A DNA stretch of 20,000 bases, from NCBI GenBank assembly GCA_905331295.1, contig CAJNYD010000096.1, forward strand, positions 119,947-139,946, written 5' to 3'. Shown piece after piece: positions 11,970-20,000 of the stretch (within the stretch, counting starts at the first letter, position 1; each line of letters opens with the position of its first letter). Below the pieces are notes generated by a model. The model worked only from the letters and a program-made list of their open reading frames with translations, was not told where the DNA came from and made no database searches. Both the position numbers and the translations under genes were made by a program. This stretch comes from Rotaria socialis. Its lineage: Eukaryota.

Positions 11970-12606
11970 GCTAACCACTATGACAATATTGTTAAATCTA
12001 TTCACATTAATTGCTTCTTATACAATTGAAACGTTTTTGCTTTGCAAATATTTCATGTAGGACAGTAGTTCTGTAGTAAGGAAAAAAATTAAAATTATAT
12101 CAATTAGAAGCCATATTTTTAATTATACTCAAAAATCCTTAGGTGTAGCTTTTATTGAACAACTAATAAATATATCTTAATAATATTATATATAAATTCT
12201 TGAAGAATGATGTTCCGATTTTGCTTCTATGCTAAAAGAAACTTATGAACAAGACATGTACTTCTGAACTCATATGAAAACATGTATTGATCAATAAATT
12301 TTAATAGTTCAATAAACTTTAAATTCAAATTCAGCTAAGTTCAATTTGGATTCGGTTGCATTTTGTCAAATTTTTTCATAATATGGAACTCACACTTTTA
12401 ATATCCATGGTCATATGACTTAACGACTTTATAAGTCACGTAATCCAAATATCTACATCTAAAACTTGTCTAGGTTCCATGGAAAATTTATTAAAGACAA
12501 GATAAATAATAGAAATTTAAATACATATTAATATATACTTATGTACGAAAATTAATTTCAATCAACCAATGCTTATTCAAGAGTTTTGTAAAATAAAAAT
12601 TAATAT

Positions 12607-13809
12607 CTAAGAAAAGCAGCCTACATAATAATTATTATCCAGCTGATCATTTACTGTCGTTCCTTTAGAAACCATAACAATCCATTTCTCTATTTGTCCT
12701 GTCATTCGAAGATAAAATCGCGAGTCACTCGTAACATAAATTGTATCTTTTAAACCATCCGCTCCCTGAAAATAGTGATTTAGGTTTACAGGACCATTGC
12801 CGATTATTTCAAATCGACCCAAATTGATGCGAACACATAAAATAGCTTTGTCAATGTCTAAGCTTGATTTAATCGATGGCGTAAAAAAGATGCTTTGTTC
12901 AAGTGGCAAATTATCCCCAGTTGGAAACCCGTTTTGAACAATTTTGAACATATTTTCTTTTGTTGTTTCATAAAATGCAATAACAGTTTGCTTCCCATCA
13001 TTATTATTTATTATATTTGGAACTTGGCGTGATGATTCAAGCGAGTGATAGATTAATTGATGATGAAGACTCTCCGAGCGACATTCAGCGCCTTTCGAAC
13101 AAAGTGATCGTCGGAATCCAGAGGCATTTTGATCATTGATCATTGAATAATGAATAAAACGAAGATGACATCGATGCGTTTTTTCTATCACTGCGTGAGA
13201 ACATATACTAGTGCATTTTGTACCATCAGGATTATTGTTTATTTTTGTCGGATTGTAAGTCCATAAACGAAAATAGTGAATAAATTCGACAACAATAATA
13301 AGAAGAAGATTGGCCAAAGTAAACGCAGCAAAAACTGTATATGCTGTACATTGAGATTTAAAACGAGCTGAACACGAGGCACCAATAACAAAGCACATAA
13401 AACGTAGAAGGAAAAAGCTGATAACAAGAAATACACGCGTTAATAATATTAGTTGAGGATGTTCAATGGAAAAATCAAATCGAAAACAGGTCATTGTTGC
13501 TAAACGCCAAAAAAATTGATTTGAAGGTTTTATACCAAATAATTCTACGATACAATGACGCATTACAATATAAATTGAGTTACAAATTATCAGAGGTACC
13601 GATGCAATTAAGTCAAATATTAAAATAGGAACGAGATAATCTTTTGTCGTAGGAGCATTTGCAGAAAGATCATTGCTAACGAGAGCTAATCGAATAATAA
13701 ATAATACCACATCGACTGAATAGAAAATCAAGAATGCTCGATATCGATATGGATCGTAGAGTAAATTGATCGGCTTACGTAAAAGTGAATGACAACAACG
13801 ACAACACAT
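12607..13809 (-). CDS. Intronless 400-aa protein: four N-terminal TM segments, C2H2 PBZ-like finger, C-terminal degenerate Gig2/PARP-like ART domain
   Basis: Long uninterrupted ORF in AT-rich DNA. Hydrophobic segments at about aa 24-44, 59-83, 120-144 and 155-179. RRSLCSKGAECRSESLHHQLIYH at aa 233-255. VIAFYETT..IVQNGF..SIFFT..AILCVRINLGR..DTIYV..QIEKWIV follows the ART strand order. The CDS call is solid; the domain calls are less so. Confidence 0.8.
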   Translation of the reverse strand: MCCRCCHSLLRKPINLLYDPYRYRAFLIFYSVDVVLFIIRLALVSNDLSANAPTTKDYLVPILIFDLIASVPLIICNSIYIVMRHCIVELFGIKPSNQFFWRLATMTCFRFDFSIEHPQLILLTRVFLVISFFLLRFMCFVIGASCSARFKSQCTAYTVFAAFTLANLLLIIVVEFIHYFRLWTYNPTKINNNPDGTKCTSICSHAVIEKTHRCHLRFIHYSMINDQNASGFRRSLCSKGAECRSESLHHQLIYHSLESSRQVPNIINNNDGKQTVIAFYETTKENMFKIVQNGFPTGDNLPLEQSIFFTPSIKSSLDIDKAILCVRINLGRFEIIGNGPVNLNHYFQGADGLKDTIYVTSDSRFYLRMTGQIEKWIVMVSKGTTVNDQLDNNYYVGCFS

Positions 13810-14141
13810 TTGTGACTATATTTAGTCAATATAATGTACTTGTGATGGTAGCAATGATTTCCTTATTACAGCATGAATTTATTCGTATAGATCCGCTATT
13901 AAATCTACGAAAAGAATTTTAAAAAGTATTAATAATCCACTGAGAATATTATATCAATCAGATACTCAACAGGTTGTGACAAATAAGCTAAAGTACGTGA
14001 AAGTAAGTAGGCTATTTCTTTTCATGTGTTTCATTATCACACTTAGCTGTCTCACTGGAATCATACAAAATGATCTACAAAAACGCGATTGCGTATTTTT
14101 TTTTAATGCTATATACTTCGTGTGGGATCATTACGTGACTG

Positions 14142-14438
14142 CCCAGATCAATGATTCCGGAGGATGGATACTATAGGAACCGGCCGAAAAGATGCGAAAA
14201 AATCACCGTATCTGGCCGGAAAGCACGGGAAAGCGCTGGAAAGTGGAAGCAGTATTCCGGCTGGAAGTTATCGGATTTTTTCCTGTGGATTCCGATCAGT
14301 TTCCTGTGCTTTTCAGCTGGAAGTTGACCAGAATCCGCAGGAAAAAAATCCGATAATTTCCGACTGGAATACTGCTTCCACTTTCCAGCGCTTTCTCGCG
14401 CTTTCCGGCCATTTCCCGCCGTACCTCCATGGCCTGGG
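14142..14438. mobile_element. GC-rich palindromic MITE with CCCAG...CTGGG ends (CMC-like)
   Basis: TG flanks both ends (2-bp TSD). About 14214-14410 folds into a long hairpin (GCGCTGGAAAGTGGAAGCAGTATTCC versus GGAATACTGCTTCCACTTTCCAGCGC). This explains the mirror-image ALESGSSIP ORFs on both strands. Confidence 0.8.
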
Positions 14439-14863
14439 TGCTTTTGAATAAAAAATACTCCTGCCCAGGTAGATGTGACAACCCTGCTTGAACATGTTAT
14501 GCATCATTATATACTGTCACTGTCGTTTGCAATGATTGTTTCTGTTTGCTGTTTTAACTTATCATATCATTCGCTGTTGTCTAATATGCTACTCTTTACT
14601 CTTCCATATTCATCTAGTGCTAATTACCGTATCACGCGTCTATTGTTCATCATGCTCAATATAACCTTTTGCGCTATATGAGTATATATCACTAATAAGT
14701 TTATCTTATGTCTCGATCGTTCTTGTTCATACTCAATGATTGTTCTTATTCCGTTCTCTGTATAAGATACTTTCTCTCTTTCTCCCGTTCCACGATTGCT
14801 ATATGAAGAGTGGAGGAGAGGAAGGAGAGGCATTCTTTTGGATAATAAACTCAGAAATCGTTA

Positions 14864-15184
14864 CAGTCGAGGTTTACAGAGTCCATATACGGTCGTAAAC
14901 GACCGTATACGATCGTATTTGGCAGTAATACATGGCTCAGTAATACGATCGTATATCGCTGTGTCATATACGAAGAAATACGACCATATACGGGAAAATA
15001 CGGAGCAAGACGGAGATCGTATACGGACTCCGTGTACAAGAATCGTAAAACATCGTTTTTTCCTTCATATATGGTTGCATTTCTCTGTATACGACACGGA
15101 GATATACGATCGTAATACTGAGTCATGTATTTCGCCGTATTTCTCCGTATACAGCCGTTTACGATCGTGCTTGTTCAACCGGGG
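14864..15184. mobile_element. Degenerate MITE-like repeat rich in ATACG/CGTAT units
   Basis: Numerous CGTATACG, ATACGATCGTA and AAATACG/CGTATTT motifs in both orientations. The right end TTCAACCGGGG resembles the TCGACCTGGG end at 7656. The left end is poorly defined. Confidence 0.55.
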
Positions 15185-15465
15185 TACAGAAGTGAAAAAA
15201 TTGAGCTTTACTATAATTCTCATTGTTACACTTTTAAAATGAGTCGAATTAATCGAAACTTATCTTAGAAATACAATAAGACGTTTATGAGTGGAATTAC
15301 TGTCAGCCAAAATGAGCCAATATCCACACCCTGACACCCACAAGTAGAGGTGTTAGCCGAAGGATTGAACGGCGGCGTCGGGCAACAATTTTCAATTTTT
15401 GAAGAATTCCAGCGACTCCTTATCTGAATAAGTAATATCTTCAGCGGCAGCGACTACAAATTCTT

Positions 15466-15627
15466 GAGGGTGTGGGTGTGTGTCAGGGTGAGTGTATGAG
15501 TGTGGGTGTGTGTGTGAGTGTGGGTGTGAGTGTGGGTGAGTGTGTGTGTGTGAGTGTGGGTGTGGGTGAGGGTGTGGGTGTATCTGTGACATGATCGCAT
15601 CCTCACATCCATACCCACACCTACACC
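15466..15627. repeat. TGTGGG/CCCACA hairpin module, copy 1 (expanded GT-rich arm)
   Basis: Degenerate (TGTGGG/TGAGTG/TGAGGG)n, then core TATCTGTGACATGATCGCATCCT, then CACATCCATACCCACACC. Confidence 0.85.
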
Positions 15628-15783
15628 TTTCTATTGGCCGAGAAGAAGCGACTTATACATCATTTGCGTTTATTAACAGAAGTTCAAAAATATCACACAT
15701 GACAGCTGGGATCGAAAATAAAAATTATTCAGAATAAAAGCGTTTGAAGCGAAATTTTAGTTTTGTGGTTTATTATCTTTTTT

Positions 15784-18700
15784 CTATGGTACTGTGCCAC
15801 CAAAACTGTCAAGATAAACGTACCCTAAATGTCCGCTTTGTGAACAGTCTGCAACGGCAATATTTAATGAAAAACTGTGCCCTCGGCGATTGACACCTAG
15901 ATTCAAGTTCTCGACTCGCCAACTAGGAGTGTAGTAGTACTTACGACCCGAAACAGTCGCAGACAGAAAACCAGGGTCAACTCCGGCTGTGTCGCTGCTA
16001 GCAGTGTAGCGCTTGTTAATTGGCGTGTCACCTTGGGTAAGGTCTTTGAGTTCAACTACAATAAGAGAGGACTCTTCCGAATTGTGGTTACCATCTTCAA
16101 AAACCGCTAACCATGCAAAGAAGATGTTATCACAGAAATAGTTGCTGATTGACTGGCTTACAACTGACAGATCACCAGTACGGGCGGCATCGCCGATTTG
16201 TAACGAGCGCGTGCCATTTTGAACAATATTTGCCATTAAATTTTGCAAAATCGGATCCAGACCATTGATAACGATACTTGACTGTGTACTAGCAATGTTT
16301 GCATCATAGAACGAGCCGCCTGGCAAAAAGTCCTGCGGTTTGACTTGTGATGAAAGCATACTAATCCGTCTACCACCACCTCGAGTCCAGCCAAGATAAT
16401 TACCCGATTCAAACCCACCATTGATGAAACTGCTTAAGGTGCAAGCTGAATAAAAGAAGTAAAATAACTAAATTATTATATATTCACTAATTCATGATGA
16501 ACTCTTCACATCCAAATTAGAGTGTTAAAACGTTTTCCCATGAATTGACAAGAGTCCGATCGTCTCGCTAAAAGAACCGAATTTGTGTGGATCTGGTCGA
16601 AAAAGGCATCACACATATATCCCACTCACATACTTGTGTACCTCCACACGAACATTGGCATCTTTAAAAAATGTACTCTGGCGATTTTCATCCCAAAACA
16701 TGTTTCAGCTGCTACATTGCTCAAGATAAGAAGTCTAACATGAGCTGGCCTCATCTGGTAGAATATTTGGTGATGAAAGGTAGAGCCGAAAAACAATACT
16801 TTGACTTAAAACTTTGTTTTTATAATGCATTGCACGTTCCTGACACGAAGAACTTTTCGAACGTCTTCAAAATTTTCTTGTTCACAGAAAATTTTCTCTA
16901 GAAACATGTGTTTCTATATTTTTGAAAAGACAAATATATTTACTGAATCCAATGATAAAGAATCATTATATGATCTCTATAGATACTTGAGCAATTAGTG
17001 GTCATTTTTTTTGAACGAATGAATTAATGCTTATTGAGAGCACTATGCGGAATAAGAACATCCAATGTAAAGTTCATAGAAAACAACGTTCATTAACAAC
17101 AATATTTCTAGAGCGTAATCTGAAAATTTTTAAGTGGCTCTTACAGAAAAGCTTTTAGCGCAGTCCCTGAGGGATTAAAAGTGTGAAACACGATGCACAT
17201 GTTGTTGTTAATCCCAGCGATATAGTTTGTCGGGTGTGGTTGCCAGCTTATGATCTGAGACAGATTTATATGGGTCTGAGGCTCAAAAAATAGATTCTAA
17301 GATAGCTTTTCATATTCAGTTATTTCTCATTTTATATAAATAATTAATGTTCAGAAGAGAAAACAATTAGTATTGCACTTGATATGAACTTTAGTACACG
17401 AAGTCGAATAGGATTTCTTTTACTCTTTTCAAAACTTTCTTATGAATGTTCACATTTAGGATAAAGCTGAACTGGAGTTAGTGGTTTATTTATATTTTTT
17501 GTCTGCATTTTACTATTATTTGGATATTACTATAGTAGATAGGTCTGTCATACTAACATTATTGTAAAATGAGTACTGCCATAATTTGGTCATAATTCAA
17601 AATGTATAAAATAATCCGCGAAAAATAATGGCTAATTTTCAATAAAGTCCTTCTTTAAAAACTATTTAAAGTAAGATTTAGAACAAAGATAGAAATGCTT
17701 GTTAGCGCAGCCCCTATAGTAGAGTCCTGCAAAGGTATGAATTTCGGTACCGTACCCTACGCTACCACAAGTTTTTTTTTAACCCTAACTCTAATCTACC
17801 CTATGAGTGTCGTACCCTAATTCTACCCTATGTCCTACGCTACCCCATTAAGTTTAAAAATTCAAATAATTGTATACTGTCCATGATTTATTTATGAATT
17901 GATGAACTTAAATTTTACAAAGGTCAAGAATGATATAGAAAGAATATCACAGCCAATAGAATAATCAGAGATATAGTATTAAATGAACCACGGATATTGC
18001 CAACAATAAAAGAATAAGAGAAATAGTACTAAACCCCTACGCATTAGCAGACTTCTCGTCTCATATTATGTCAAAGTGTGTAAAGTTCTCAGAAAAGTCT
18101 TCTATTGTGGCCCATTTATTATTGGAATTTTTAATTAGAAAGATTCTCGAAAAACAAAAATATTCTGACAATTAGAAGAGAGACTTTTAGGTTTTAAAAA
18201 ATCTAGACACAAGACTAACCTGATTCTCTTAGAGTGTGGGTGGGTGGACCTGTGACATGATCACATCCTCCCATCCATACCCACACCAACACCCGGGTGT
18301 GGGTGTTGATGAGAAGAATGGGTGGGGATGTATGTATAGATAGTTGAAATGTAGATATGTACCCAATTGGCACACGCATAACCATCCGCCTAAATGCACT
18401 GCGTGAATCTCACCTGTTTCCTGGTTCGGGGTGGTAGTAGTTATGATGGTAGTTGTTGTTGTTATAGTGACTGTCGGAGTAACACTAGTTTCTGCTATAG
18501 TTGTTGTGTGTGTTGTATAGACAGTGATTGAAGACGTTGCGCTTTCCGAAGTAGTGTTACTGGGAGTAGTGCTGCTGAGAGTAGTTGAACGATTTGACGG
18601 TAGAGTTAACACAACGGATGGGACAATCACAGCGGCTGCTACAGCAGTGCTTAGAAGGAAAATAAGAAGACCTTTCACTCGTCGAGTTAATATCCTATAG

Positions 18701-18842
18701 TGTCAATGATAAATGATAACAGTTTTACAAGATTTCGTTATACGAACTTGCTCGTCTTCACTACCACTTCGTTGCCGTCATGTATATCGAAATTTTCGAA
18801 GTGCTCCCTTGTTGTTGGCAAAGTTGCGTTCATGGAATCCAT
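15784..18842 (-). CDS. Type II membrane protein: short cytosolic tail, TM helix, Thr/Ser mucin-like stalk, bacterial-type extracellular beta-rich domain; exons 18842-18748, 18694-18414, 16445-15784; ~345 aa
   Basis: Splice phases are compatible across a 53-nt intron (GTTCGT..CTATAG, joining TSK/ILTRRVKG) and a 1968-nt intron (GTGAGA..TTTATTCAG, joining NQET/ACTLSSFINGGFESGNYLGW). The frame continues into ORF 15784..16359, which ends ADCSQSGHLGYVYLDSFGGTVP. The long-intron link is inferred. Confidence 0.75.
17720..17847. repeat. Cluster of TACCCTA/CTACGCTACC motifs, probable subterminal repeats of a decayed DNA transposon inside the long intron
   Basis: GTACCCTA occurs twice, CTACCCTATG twice and CCTACGCTACC twice within ~110 bp. 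No convincing TSD was found. Confidence 0.4.
18231..18330. repeat. TGTGGG/CCCACA hairpin module, copy 2 (intronic)
   Basis: GTGTGGGTGGGTGGA-CCTGTGACATGATCACATCCT-CCCATCCATACCCACACC, then a second inversion CAACACCCGGGTGTGGGTGTTG. Confidence 0.8.
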
Positions 18843-19302
18843 TGGGCAGAACGCTGTATTGAATATGCTTACTAAGTGATTGTGTAGTTGACAAGTAAAT
18901 GCACAATGAATGTTGTAAAAAAAATGCTAATGAAATAAGAGTTAGTGTACTATAGTTTCCAAGTAGATTATCAGTTTTCGCTAGTCACACGTCTCCTATG
19001 TTGGAGAGATCAGGTGATCTTCCATTAAAGTGAGCCAAGTTTGATGTTTCTTATTCAAAAACGCTTTAACCGAGTGTTATAAAGGAAGAGATAAAAGCAA
19101 ATTCGGTGATACGTTATCAAATCTCGTGGAAAAAAATTACTCATGCCAACTGTTTTCTGTATGTAAAATTTATTAAAAGAACATAGATACTAGGTAACTG
19201 ACACTGACAGACAAATGCACAACTACAGTGACAGAATTTGCTTTTATGTAAAAGCTATAAATAGAAAATTCTGAATATACTAACTTCAGACTGGATTAAT
19301 AC

Positions 19303-19390
19303 TGTTGGGTTGATGCAAAAGTCTCCGCCGATTTCTTTTGCAATTTTTTAAAATTTTATTAAAACAAAATACCATCAATCAACAATATAT
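19303..19390 (-). mobile_element. Mariner-like transposon 3'-end relic
   Basis: TTGGGTTGATGCAAAAGT...GCCGATTT resembles mariner TIRs (TTAGGTTGGTGCAAAAGT type). On the minus strand 19389-19375 reads TAT ATT GTT GAT TGA (YIVD*), like the G.YI.D* C-terminus of mariner transposases, at a plausible distance from the TIR. Confidence 0.5.
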
Positions 19391-19931
19391 GGGTGTGGGT
19401 GTTGGCATGAGTGGTGTATTGTCTCATATCCACACTGACACCCTCAAAAATAGCATTTTGAGTTTTTTAACCAAGAAATGCTTTCAAAAAATATCAATGA
19501 CAGATCATTAAATGAAAAATTTCAATCTCTACAATATGGCCTATTTCGTTTTGACTTTCGTACCAAAGGACAATGTAGAGTCTTATACACTTTCTAAATC
19601 CCTGTGCCGCTTACGAGCTTCCATACAGATGAATCGATTTCGTTTTGTGTATGAAGACTACTTATAAAGAAAAGACTAGCACTAATCAAAATCAAATAAT
19701 TATGCTCATGTTAATTTTCTTCAAAATTGGCGCAGAAGAAACTGTACCTCATTGTTACTGAAAAACGCCACATTTGTTTTTTGCACTTTTTATCTCAGTA
19801 AAAATAGCTTAGAGACAACCTTTTGAAGTCCAGTCAAAGCGCTACAAAACTATCTCTAGAAGTGTTTCAATTGGAGAACTAGTCGCAGAAGAAATTGCGG
19901 TTTACTAGTGACCCTGAATAAAAAGGATCTT

Positions 19932-20000
19932 GAGGGTGTGGGTGTGGGTGTATCTGTGACATGATCGCCTCCTCACACCCACACCCACACCCACACCCTC
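19932..20000. repeat. TGTGGG/CCCACA hairpin module, copy 3 (least diverged; may extend beyond the window)
   Basis: GAGGGTGTGGGTGTGGGTGT is perfectly inverted as ACACCCACACCCACACCCTC around core ATCTGTGACATGATCGCCTCCT. Confidence 0.9.

Noticed and set aside
14164..15242. Several 60-150 aa ORFs on both strands
   Set aside because: They lie within palindromic repeat elements, give mirror-image peptides and show no protein motifs.
15392..15592. His/Pro-rich ORF (HPHPHSHTH), superficially a metal-binding peptide
   Set aside because: It is the translation of the CCCACA repeat strand. The same MSQ.HP start recurs in the other repeat copies.
18229..18413. C-terminal part of ORF 18229..18678 (EIHAVHLGGW...)
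   Set aside because: Read-through past a good GTGAGA donor into intron and repeat sequence.

Overview
AT-rich eukaryotic genomic DNA with very short (50-65 nt) GT-AG introns. It is most consistent with a bdelloid rotifer; this is an inference from intron size, microbial-looking genes that carry spliceosomal introns, and TGTGGG repeats. Five protein-coding genes can be reconstructed: (1) a secreted GH92 alpha-mannosidase-like enzyme with 2 exons; (2) an isochorismatase-family cysteine hydrolase with 2 exons; (3) a 9-exon kynurenine 3-monooxygenase; (4) an intronless 4-TM protein with a PBZ-like zinc finger and a degenerate Gig2/PARP-like ADP-ribosyltransferase domain; (5) a 3-exon type II membrane protein with a Thr/Ser stalk and a bacterial-type extracellular domain. 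Intergenic DNA is dense in non-autonomous DNA transposons (hAT-like with 8-bp TSDs, CMC/EnSpm-like with CCCAG ends, one nested). It also holds a foldback element enclosing a tRNA-like cloverleaf, a mariner 3' relic, and repeated hairpin modules built from telomere-like TGTGGG/CCCACA repeats around a conserved core. All family assignments come from motif recognition by eye; no searches were run.
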